A stretch of 61,650 nt of DNA, filler included. It is 7 parts of 7 records of this genome, joined end to end, with 100 filler letters (N's around TTAATTAATTAA, not from the genome) between each part and the next. Parts side by side here need not be neighbours in the genome. Positions count along the whole stretch, not along the records: positions 48,040 to 55,522 come from SRR31147125_27857; positions 55,623 to 61,650 come from SRR31147125_27908; 5 more parts are not named here. One strand, written 5' to 3'. Positions 53,075 through 61,650 of this stretch are shown here, one piece after another. Each line of letters opens with the position of its first letter. Positions within the stretch are counted from its first letter, which is position 1. The notes below the pieces were generated by a model. That model did not search any database. It worked only from the letters and a program-made list of their open reading frames with translations, and had not been told where the DNA came from. A program made the translations under genes and the position numbers.

Positions 53075-53346
53075 TAAAACCGAAGGAATGGATCAACAAA
53101 TTTATGCGTTGGATACTTAGGCAGCTGTCTTTCATCGTGAAGCAGCTGCTTTTGTTTACGATAAGGGTGTATCGCTGTCTGTTTTCCCCTGCCATCGGTC
53201 CGGCGTGTCGTTTTTATCCGTCATGCTCCGAATATGCATTTGAGGCGATAGAACGCTACGGCGTTTTTAAAGGGTCTTACCTTGCTGCAAAACGAATTCT
53301 AAAATGCCATCCGTTTCATCCCGGCGGTGTTGACCCGGTTCCATAA
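53071..53346 (+). CDS. yidD: Membrane protein insertion efficiency factor
   Basis: [11 protein letters not shown]...[17 protein letters not shown]. Confidence 0.95.
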   Translation: MIKPKEWINKFMRWILRQLSFIVKQLLLFTIRVYRCLFSPAIGPACRFYPSCSEYAFEAIERYGVFKGSYLAAKRILKCHPFHPGGVDPVP

Positions 53347-53564
53347 AAAAATTGATGGAAACCATAAGGCATGCAAGGGATGCATTAGACAAAAATGAGC
53401 GGTAAATTTTATCTTTGCTGTGGCTGGATAACGGTCACGGCTATCTTTATTTTTAATAAACGGCCATGGTAAGGTCACTTGCCACACCAACGCCATGAAC
53501 AGTCATGACTTTTTGGCCGTGAGATTTTCATACAAATTATGGATTATTCAATCTGGGAGATAAG

Positions 53565-55246
53565 ATGGAAGAGCAGAAACGGTTATTCATTGCCATTATT
53601 CTTTCTGTAGTCGTTATTGCGGGGTGGAATTTGTTGTTTGTTCCCCCCCAGCCGACATCGATCAGCAGTCTGCTGAAACGAATACGGCCGAGAGCCCCTC
53701 CACTGACACGCAAAGGCCTGCAGTGGCGGATTTTCAACCTGAAACCGGATCCTCCCTTCAACAGGGAGCTGCGGACTCTCCATCTTCCATTGAACCGGAA
53801 GTGTTCAGAACGTTTACTCTGACAACACCGCTTTATCAAGTGGAATTGTCTGAAAAACGAGGCGTATTGACCAGCCTGCTACTTAGGAACTATCGGGAGA
53901 GTACGGATGAAGATTCCCAGCAAAAGCAGATGATCCCTTCGGAATTGACCGACGGGGTGTTTGCCTGTGACATGGAGGGTGAAAGTATCCCCGGATTGGG
54001 AACCGCCGTTTTCAAAGCGGACACGGATCAGCTCAAGTCGGTATTGAACGAGGGGGAACGGAAAATCACCTTGTCGTGGCGATCGGCCCACGGAATGGTC
54101 ATCGAGAAGATTTACACGTTTTCCGCATCCACATACCTGATCGGCTTGGATGTGGTGGTAAAAAACGGTGCCGCCATGCCGCTGAAGGATCGCGTGGCGA
54201 TACGGATTCCCTTTGTTTTGAGTGAGAATGCCGCTTCCATGGCGCGGTTTGGCGCCTATGGGCCTGCCGCTTACGTGAGCGGTCAGCTCGAAGAGGTGAA
54301 ACCGGATGATATTGAAGAGAAAAACACCCTTCAAGGGAGCGTGGATTGGGTCGGTAACGGGGATCGCTATTTTCTTTCCGCTCTGGTACCGGCATCTCCT
54401 CTTGAGGCTACGGTGAAATTTGCCAAAACCGAGACCCGTGTCATGACAACGTATCTGCAGAGTATGGAACGACTGGATCCGGGTAAACAGGTACGATTCT
54501 CATATCGATGTTACCTTGGCCCCAAAAGTTTGAAGGTGCTCAGCAGCTTTGGCAACAACTTGAGAAAAGCGGTGAACTTCGGTTGGTTTGATGTGCTGGC
54601 AAAGCCGTGTCTGATCGGTATGAATCTGATTCACGACATCATTCCCAATTACGGGATTGCCATTATTCTCTTGACTATTTTGATCAAGCTGCTTTTCTGG
54701 CCCCTGGGAACAAAAAGTTACAAATCTATGAATGACATGAAAAAACTGCAACCGCTCATGATGGAGATTCGGGAGAAGTACAAAGACGACAAGCAGCGGA
54801 TGAATCAAGAAGTCATGTCCCTTTATAAGACATACAAAGTCAATCCCATGAGTGGGTGCCTGCCCATGTTGGTTCAGATGCCCATCTTTTTTGCCCTTTA
54901 TCGAATGTTATATCAGGCTATCGAGTTGCGGCATGCACCGTTTATGGGATGGATCGACGATCTGTCCGCTCCGGATCGTCTGTTTGATTTTGGTGTGGCC
55001 ATTCCCTTTATGCAGGCCCCTTACGGCATTCCGGTGCTGACCCTCGTCATGGGAGCCACCATGTTCCTGCAGCAGAAGATGTCTCCCTCCACCGGAGATC
55101 CCACACAGGCCAAAATGATGATGCTCATGCCGCTGTTCATGACCGTTATTTTCATTAACTTTCCTGCGGGGCTTGTACTGTACTGGCTTGTCAACAACGT
55201 CCTCTCCATTGGTCAGCAGTACTACATTCAAAAGAAATTTTCTTAA
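53565..55246 (+). CDS. yidC: Membrane protein insertase YidC, frameshift in the C-run near 53645
   Basis: MEEQKRLFIAIILS N-terminus; NYGIAIILLT, NPMSGCLP, ELRHAPF, GLVLYW. Confidence 0.95.
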
Positions 55247-55439
55247 ACCCACTAGTGCGGGAAACCCGCAACCCAAGAACCTTTCATCCGGTTCTTGTTT
55301 TGCCGACAGAAAACGAGATGTAAGGTGCTAAGACAGCCACTTGTCACAATGAAGCTTATAAAGCCTTCTTTGAAAACGGGGACAGATTTGAAATTCTTCC
55401 CCAATCCGTATAAGGCTTACAGATTAACGTGGAGGTATA

Positions 55440-55522
55440 ATGAAACAAACTCAGGAATTTGATGGCAAGACTGTTGATGATGCTGTTGAAAAAGCCTGCT
55501 CAACTTTAAGTGTTTCAAAAAA
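55440..55522 (+). CDS. jag: Jag/EloR (KhpB) N-terminus, truncated by the gap
   Basis: SD GGAGG; MKQTQEFDGKTVDDAVEKAC; follows yidC. Confidence 0.82.
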
Positions 55523-55622
55523 NNNNNNNNNNNNNNNNNNNNNNNNNNNNNNNNNNNNNNNNNNNNTTAATTAATTAANNNNNNNNNNNNNNNNNNNNNN
55601 NNNNNNNNNNNNNNNNNNNNNN
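55523..55622. other. Artificial contig spacer
   Basis: N run with TTAATTAATTAA. Confidence 0.98.
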
Positions 55623-56116
55623 CCCCCTTTACACCGGTCAGTCGGCCGGATCTGGCCAAAGAATATCCCTTGATCCTCTCCACCGGCAGACGCTCCCCGG
55701 TCTTCTTTTGTTCCGAACACAGAAATATTCCTTGGCTCCGGGAGATCGATCCGGACCCGACTTTGGAGATTCATCCGGATACGGCCGCATCCTTGAACGT
55801 GTCAAACGGCGAATGGGTGTGGGTTGAGAACTGGCTTGGCAAATGCAAACTAAAAGCAAAGGTCTCCCCCATCGTTCCCCGTTGGATGGTGATGGCAGCC
55901 TATGGATGGTGGTTCCCGGAAAGAGATGGAGCGGAGCCTTCCCTCTATGGGTTGTGGGAGTCGAACATCAGCCAGCTCATGCCCATGGGCGCTCAGGGAA
56001 AGGATGGGCTGGGAACGATCACTAAACAGCTGATGTGCAAGGTATACAAGGTGGCAGGGGAGAGTGCGGAAGCGGAGACCCTGAGACATGTGACCGCTGA
56101 CAAATTTACCGAATAG
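55623..56116 (+). CDS. C-terminus of a DMSO-reductase-family molybdopterin enzyme (acetylene-hydratase-like)
   Basis: LEIHPDTA, GEWVWVEN, GWWFPE...LWESNI dinucleotide-binding domain. Confidence 0.8.
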
Positions 56117-56161
56117 AAATGAACGCGACAACACTATAATTCATTTTAGGAAAACAAAACG

Positions 56162-56497
56162 ATGACGACAAAACCCCAATACGGTTTACTGATAGATTAT
56201 GAATTTTGTACCGGATGTTACGCTTGCCAGGTCGCCTGTGCCCAGGAGTATAATTGGCCCGCCGGCATGGGGGATCCAAGTGATGGAGATCGTGGAAAAT
56301 CTTCCCAAAGACAAACACTACCTGAAGTTCATCCCCATGCCCACTGAGCTCTGCATCTTGTGCGCAGGGCGTACGGCAAAGGGAAACAACCCGCTTGTGT
56401 GCAGACGTGCATGGCAGCCTGCATGAAGTATGGAAAAATCGAGGAATTGGCCGGGGAGATCACCAAACCGAGGATGGTTCTCTGGTCACCCCGATAA
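56162..56497 (+). CDS. Small 4Fe-4S subunit (two frameshifts)
   Basis: CTGCYACQVAC, CILC, PACVQTC spread over three frames. Confidence 0.75.
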
Positions 56498-56509
56498 GCG
56501 CATTTTATG

Positions 56510-57241
56510 TTACGATAGACCGACACCCACCCGTCGTTTGGAGATCATCATGTCATTGAAGTGCATGGGAGATTGCGATTCCAGTGACGCTGTCTTTGAT
56601 CGACGGGTGCCCATGGAGCGATCTGTGCAAGCAGCCAATACCCATGATTTCAAATCCTCCAATAATGATACCCGTCGCTCCATGGTGCCATTTTTCAATA
56701 ATTGATTTACTTGTATGCATCCGATGAATTGAGACAAAATCAGTTTGGCCGCTTTATGGGAGCTTCGACCCAATGTGATCTCCGGCAGATGTTTTTCAAT
56801 GTAATGGCCGATACTTTTCATCATGTCTTGTAAAGGGGCGGCCATTCGAGATGGGATATGCTCAGGCGTTAAATTAAATGAATCAAAATCATGAAGGTTG
56901 AACAGTAATCGAATCACTTTAGGGTTTTCTTCATAGATGTCGATCAGTGTTCGGCACAATGTTTCGATGCGATCATTTAATGAAAAATGGACGACACGCC
57001 GTCCGGAATCTTCCAGTTTTTGGTTGAATTCATGAAACACTTCCATGACCAGCGTTAAAAAAAGCCCCTCTTTGTTCTTGAAATATGAGTATATTGTACC
57101 GGTACTCAACTCCGCAGCTTCGGCGATTTCCGAAACGGTGGCTTGTCTGTACCCCAATTGATTGAACGTTTGGCGCGCCGCATCCAAGATTTGACGTCGC
57201 CGGAGTTGTCTCTCTCTTTTTTTACGCTCTACAATACCCAT
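56510..57241 (-). CDS. TetR-family regulator
   Basis: ATVSEIAEAAELSTGTIYSYFKNKEGL. Confidence 0.9.
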   Translation of the reverse strand: MGIVERKKRERQLRRRQILDAARQTFNQLGYRQATVSEIAEAAELSTGTIYSYFKNKEGLFLTLVMEVFHEFNQKLEDSGRRVVHFSLNDRIETLCRTLIDIYEENPKVIRLLFNLHDFDSFNLTPEHIPSRMAAPLQDMMKSIGHYIEKHLPEITLGRSSHKAAKLILSQFIGCIQVNQLLKNGTMERRVSLLEDLKSWVLAACTDRSMGTRRSKTASLESQSPMHFNDMMISKRRVGVGLS

Positions 57242-57283
57242 GTGTCAGCCCTCTCTATCGAATTCTGTCTTGTTTCAGTCTCT

Positions 57284-57811
57284 TTATCGGTTTTCCGTCA
57301 TTTTGGAGGGAACCATCATCACAGACACTTTTGATCGACGCATCACGGATTTGATGGTTTGCCCGATGGAATTATCTTTTAAGAAATTCTCCCGTGCGCC
57401 CATGACGATAAGATTGCATTGATGGGCTTCCGCCTGAGCGATGATTTCATCCACCAGGTCTCCATCGGTCACCACTATTTCACGGGACTGATAATCGCAG
57501 GCGTTGTCGTCGATTCCGGATGCAGTACAAAATTGGGCCAGTGCGCTTTTGATCATGGTGTTTGAGGATTGCTTTCCGATCAACGCACTTCTGGCTTTAT
57601 TGGCTTTTGTCTGTGCGATGTCTCCAAATTGTTTTTCCCCCAATAGTCCTTTCAATCGGCTTTCCACATAATTGGGAATGGGTTCGATGACATGTAGAAG
57701 AACCAAGGTCGCCTGATGGCGTGTGGCCAAGGCTGCTGCCATTTCAAAGGCATCCCGACAATTTTCCGATAAATTGGTTGCCAATAGAATCGATTCAATG
57801 GGTTTGAACAT
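57284..57811 (-). CDS. Universal stress protein
   Basis: ILLATNLS, LLHVIE, LIVMG, VMMVP. Confidence 0.88.
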   Translation of the reverse strand: MFKPIESILLATNLSENCRDAFEMAAALATRHQATLVLLHVIEPIPNYVESRLKGLLGEKQFGDIAQTKANKARSALIGKQSSNTMIKSALAQFCTASGIDDNACDYQSREIVVTDGDLVDEIIAQAEAHQCNLIVMGARENFLKDNSIGQTIKSVMRRSKVSVMMVPSKMTENR

Positions 57812-58036
57812 GTGACGTTCCTTTTTGTTGAAAGTTAAGCTATTTGGTATTTGATTTTATATGTAATATTACATGCAATTATTCTCGTGTCAATACCATA
57901 ATCTCTTATTTTTCGGAAATTAGTGACTCAGCAGTTCTCAACTTCCCTCAGCTGAGCGCCCCCTCTCGCCATTTATGGAGAGGGGGGATGGGCGTCTCGT
58001 CCGCGCTCCCCGGATCTAAGGAAATGGGCAAGTTAT

Positions 58037-58825
58037 TTAAGACGAATGCCTTAATTTTGAAATTTTACCAGGTCTTGGTGTTACGGCCTGACGATTGATC
58101 AGGCTCGCCTGAAACCCGGCTCCGAATCCGTTATCGATATTGACGACAGATACGCCTGATGCACAACTATTGAGCATGCAAAGAAGTGCAGAGACCCCAC
58201 CAAAAGAAGCACCATATCCAATGCTGGTGGGCACACCGATAACCGGGCATGACACAAGCCCTCCCACCACGCTGGCCAATGCCCCTTCCATCCCTGCCAC
58301 CACAACCGCCACATTGGCCTTGAATAGATCTTCCTGGGCGTGAAGGATACGGTGGAGCCCTGCAACTCCGGCATCGTAAATGCGATTGACAAAATTTCCC
58401 AGCGTTTCTGCGGTAATGGCTGCTTCCTCGGCAACCGGGATATCCGATGTCCCGGCCGTGACCACAGCAATGTTGCCCACCTTTTCCACCGGTGCCGGAT
58501 TGATGATAACGATGCGGGCCGCTTCATGATATTCACAGGTCGTCACTTTATTGATTCCCTCATACATGTCTCGACTGGCACGAGTGGCCAATATGTTACT
58601 GTTTTTGTCAGCCAGTCTTTTGGCAATTTCACTGGTTTGGGCCACGGTTTTTCCCTCGCAATAGATCACTTCCGGGGCACCGCTTCTGATGCAACGGTGG
58701 TGATCGATCCGCGCATATCCCAGGTTCTCGAACGGCAGGGTTTTGAGTTGGTCGAACGCCGTGTCCGGATCTGTTTGACCGTTTCTGACGTTTTCCAGTA
58801 ATGTTTTTAAATGCTGTTGATCCAT
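58037..58825 (-). CDS. larB: Nickel-pincer cofactor biosynthesis protein LarB
   Basis: PEVIYCEGKT, AGTSDIPVAEEA, AGMEGAL, PTSIGYG, VNIDNGFGA. Confidence 0.93.
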   Translation of the reverse strand: MDQQHLKTLLENVRNGQTDPDTAFDQLKTLPFENLGYARIDHHRCIRSGAPEVIYCEGKTVAQTSEIAKRLADKNSNILATRASRDMYEGINKVTTCEYHEAARIVIINPAPVEKVGNIAVVTAGTSDIPVAEEAAITAETLGNFVNRIYDAGVAGLHRILHAQEDLFKANVAVVVAGMEGALASVVGGLVSCPVIGVPTSIGYGASFGGVSALLCMLNSCASGVSVVNIDNGFGAGFQASLINRQAVTPRPGKISKLRHSS

Positions 58826-58934
58826 TTATTCTTCCTGATTTTTTTTAAGCATTACTCAATCTGATTTGAAAAACGCAAAATATGCTCTCAATTACTCTTT
58901 TTCAACCTTTTTCAACCTTTTTCAGAGAAAAATT

Positions 58935-58990
58935 GGCATCTTTCATGTGACCTCAAATCTACTTTACACATTTTGGGGTGAGATCCCGAA
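58935..58990 (-). repeat. 56-nt dispersed repeat, copy B
   Basis: Reverse-complement homolog of 50590-50645. Confidence 0.75.
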
Positions 58991-59223
58991 AAATTCATGA
59001 TTATTATGGACATGTTTGACTAAAACGTCATCAGTTGATTCTGATCCGGTTTTTATCCTGCTTTCTGAGAGAGGTTCAGGGCGGTTTGAGGAAGAAATTT
59101 TGCATATTTTCAGGGGCTGTGATAGTAGGTAACGTTCAGTTTTGTAAAGACAATCTCATTTACAAAACTGAGGGTTTAAATGAGGATGAAAAGAGATAGA
59201 GCAATTTTAAACATGTAAATTGG

Positions 59224-60519
59224 TTGAAATATTATAATGGAAAGAGTTTTCGTAATCAGTTTGTCTGCAGGAATTGGAACGGCTTTTTTCTTTGGATTTC
59301 CCAGGCGGTTAAAAAGGAAGCCGTGCAACAATTTGTTTATTCAAATTTATGGCTGATGCATCCCAATGCCATCTGTTATTGGCGGACCGCCATGGCCTTT
59401 CTGGGTTTTTTCCTCTATTTTTTCACACCATTGTCTTCCATTGCCATATTTGTTTTTTCATTTGCGGCAATTCTGGACGGCGTTGATGGGGTCGTGGCAA
59501 GGGGGTGTAATTTAATTTCAAAGTGGGGAGAATGGCTGGATCCGTTGTGTGATAAACTGACCTATCTGCCGCCCATGGTGGGATTTGCGTATAAAGGCAT
59601 TTTATCCGTCAAATTGGTCTGGATTCTTGTGGGGGTCGAGCTTTTCGGGCAATTTTTTGCCAGGCGGATCCTCAATTGGATGGGGACTTCAGTGGCTGCC
59701 AATAATTTTGGAAAAATCAAAGCCATTATCTGTTTCGGTCTGGTCATATTGTGTGCTTTACTGGACAAGACCCCGGAAATCATCAATCTTGCCGACGAAA
59801 TTATCATGGGATGCATCATCCTGTCAGCGGCATCGGTGCTGTTTAAATTCATCCCCAATCGCCTTTATGCCGATATTCTTTCCGGGCTCAACTTTGCCTG
59901 CGGTGTCACCAGCCTTGTTCTGACCCATCATAACTATTTTGCATGGGCGATCTGCATTGTCATCATCGGGCAGCTGTTTGATCTGTTCGATGGGCGAATG
60001 GCCATGAAACACGGGGGAACAAAATACGGGCCATATCTGGATGACATTGCAGACTTTGTCAGTTTCGGATTGGCACCGGCCTATGTGATTGCGCAAAAGG
60101 GAGGTACCTTTGCGTGGGGTGTCGGAGTTGTTTATGTCGCCGGGATTGCATTCCGCCTGATCCGTTTTGTGGCCGTTGATAAAAAGAGAACCGATCTTCC
60201 CGAAGGCATTTTCAACGGGCTTCCCAGTCCTGCAGGCGCTCTCATTGTTCTGGGGGCCGCTTTGGTTTTCACACCCAAAATGCTTTGGGGAATCAGTTTG
60301 CTTTCAGTGGGATTGATGGTAAGTCATATCCGATTTGCCCATTTTGGTCGGGTGATTCTCAATAAAATTCCAAAGCCACTGTTTTTTCTCTGCAGTGCTT
60401 CTATCATCATTATGCTGTCCTTTATTTTAAAAACAAAAAATGTGCAAATGTTTGGCTATCTTATTCTGGCGGCTATCGCTCTTTATATGGTGGTGGGTAG
60501 AAAACTGGCTCACGCTTAA
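59224..60519 (+). CDS. Tandem CDP-alcohol phosphatidyltransferase (PgsA-like plus PssA-like); start uncertain
   Basis: DGVDGVVAR...GEWLDPLCD and DLFDGRMA...GPYLDDIADFVSFG, FNGLPSP. Confidence 0.85.
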   Translation: MKYYNGKSFRNQFVCRNWNGFFLWISQAVKKEAVQQFVYSNLWLMHPNAICYWRTAMAFLGFFLYFFTPLSSIAIFVFSFAAILDGVDGVVARGCNLISKWGEWLDPLCDKLTYLPPMVGFAYKGILSVKLVWILVGVELFGQFFARRILNWMGTSVAANNFGKIKAIICFGLVILCALLDKTPEIINLADEIIMGCIILSAASVLFKFIPNRLYADILSGLNFACGVTSLVLTHHNYFAWAICIVIIGQLFDLFDGRMAMKHGGTKYGPYLDDIADFVSFGLAPAYVIAQKGGTFAWGVGVVYVAGIAFRLIRFVAVDKKRTDLPEGIFNGLPSPAGALIVLGAALVFTPKMLWGISLLSVGLMVSHIRFAHFGRVILNKIPKPLFFLCSASIIIMLSFILKTKNVQMFGYLILAAIALYMVVGRKLAHA

Positions 60520-60598
60520 GTTGGATCTTAATACCATTTCTGTTTCATCGACTAACCAGCATTCGTCAAAAGTCAGGGGAAAACAAAAGGGATGGCCC

Positions 60599-61650
60599 AT
60601 GGGCGAAGTTCATGACAAATTAATAGAATTACGCAGAAAATCAGAGACATTGCTCCGTGAAAAAAACAGCGAGGTTAACGGAGAAGGCCTCTCTTCCGGT
60701 CCTGAACTTCCGGATGCAGCTCGCGTCTCCATTGAGCTGGAAACCCTTCAGCTTGAGCTTGAAAATCAGATCGATGAACTGCTTCATTTGCAGCATGAAC
60801 TGGATCAAGCAAGGTCATTTTATACTGAATTTTATGATTTTGCACCCGTAGGCTACCTCACACTCGATACCAAAGGGAAGATTCTCAACGCCAATCTGAC
60901 CTTTGCCGAAATGTTGTCCATGCGGCGAAGAGATATCATTGGGCGTCCCCTTTCGGCTTATATCAGCTATGATGGGCAGGATCTGTTTTACTTGCACATG
61001 AAAAGTGCTGTTAACAGCGCTACACGGAAGATATGTGAACTTCGACTGAAAAACTGGAATGGTAAGACGCTGGATGTACAGCTTGAAAGCTTGTTTGTAA
61101 GGGATTCTCTCGAGGATACTCGCCAATTACGTACCGTGATCAGTGACATCACGGAGAGAAAATTTACCGAGAAACAACTCAAAGAAAGTTATACCCGGTT
61201 TCAGTTACTTTACGAGCAGGCACCTGTTTCATATCAGTCTCTGGATAAAGAAGGTATCATCCTGGATGTCAATCCATTTTGGCTTGAATTGCTGGGGTAT
61301 TCCCGTGAAGAGGTGATTGGAAAATCATTTGGGAAGTTTTTGCACCCGGAATGGAAAGATCACTTTTGTAAGACATTTCCCAAGTTTAAGGCCGTGGGGG
61401 AAGTGTTGGGGGTGAACTTTGAAATCGTAAAAAAAGATGGATCTACTATTTTTGTTGAGCTGTACGGAAAAATTGGAAAAGATGAGCATGGCGGGTTTCA
61501 AGAGACCCATTGTATCTTCCATGATATTACCCGACGCTATCAGGCGGAGCTGGAACGGGAGAAAATGAACGAACTTCTTGAGCGCAAAGTGCAATTGAGA
61601 ACCCGTGAGCTGGAAGAAATGAATACGGCATTGAAGGTCCTTATCAAAAA
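60599..61650 (+). CDS. Multi-PAS sensor/regulator, 3' end beyond the window
   Basis: Manual translation MGEVHDKLIELRRKSE...FYDFAPVGYLTLD, second PAS (YEQAPVSYQSLD), ending RTRELEEMNTALKVLIK. Confidence 0.8.
   Translation, partial: MGEVHDKLIELRRKSETLLREKNSEVNGEGLSSGPELPDAARVSIELETLQLELENQIDELLHLQHELDQARSFYTEFYDFAPVGYLTLDTKGKILNANLTFAEMLSMRRRDIIGRPLSAYISYDGQDLFYLHMKSAVNSATRKICELRLKNWNGKTLDVQLESLFVRDSLEDTRQLRTVISDITERKFTEKQLKESYTRFQLLYEQAPVSYQSLDKEGIILDVNPFWLELLGYSREEVIGKSFGKFLHPEWKDHFCKTFPKFKAVGEVLGVNFEIVKKDGSTIFVELYGKIGKDEHGGFQETHCIFHDITRRYQAELEREKMNELLERKVQLRTRELEEMNTALKVLIK

Noticed and set aside
14038-55622. Six identical TTAATTAATTAA motifs in N runs
   Set aside because: Artificial contig linkers; gene adjacency across them has no biological meaning
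7247-56497. Many split genes (GGDEF, EamA, lipid kinase, CdsA-like, GH29, panC, yidC, Fe-S) suggesting programmed frameshifting or decay
   Set aside because: Most breaks sit in homopolymer runs and one hits normally essential yidC, so sequencing indels are the simplest explanation
58037-58825. larB without adjacent larC/larE
   Set aside because: Dispersed lar genes are common and the contig is short
58897-58924. Short tandem TTTTTCAACC duplication
   Set aside because: About 2.5 units; ordinary slippage

Overview
This window is not one locus. It is seven unrelated contigs joined by 100-nt N spacers carrying a TTAATTAATTAA linker (14038, 20893, 34995, 42144, 47940, 55523). The taxon calls below are inferred from gene content and composition. 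(1) 1-14037, Clostridia-like: a cassette of HTH protein, two-component system and FtsX-type ABC transporter, abutting an Orf7-like/rhaA chimera; diguanylate cyclases; and an aminotransferase-aldolase-FGGY kinase-MFS operon. (2) 14138-20892, low GC: PAS-GGDEF, EamA, a LysM tandem beta-propeller phytase with an apparent ATT start, NUDIX and Fe-ADH. (3) 20993-34994: an atypical lipid operon with a PlsC-thymidylate-kinase-like fusion, and a cluster resembling hydrazine synthase (beta-propeller/di-heme peroxidase fusion, Rid protein, two HZS-alpha-like multiheme proteins, PL10-like lyase). (4) 35095-42143, Bacteroidota: three copies of a structured non-coding element, two of them with a full sigma54 promoter architecture, plus TonB-C, NTF2-like, bglX and MFS genes. 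(5) 42244-47939, Bacteroidota: ftcD, hutI, REP-like repeats, TPR kinase and GH29. (6) and (7), Desulfobacterales-like: mobB, panC, rpmH-rnpA-yidD-yidC-jag; then a molybdopterin oxidoreductase, TetR, Usp, larB, a tandem CDP-alcohol phosphotransferase and a PAS regulator. Many homopolymer frameshifts are probably sequencing errors. The best novelty candidates are the triplicated putative sigma54-dependent sRNA and the hydrazine-synthase-like cluster.
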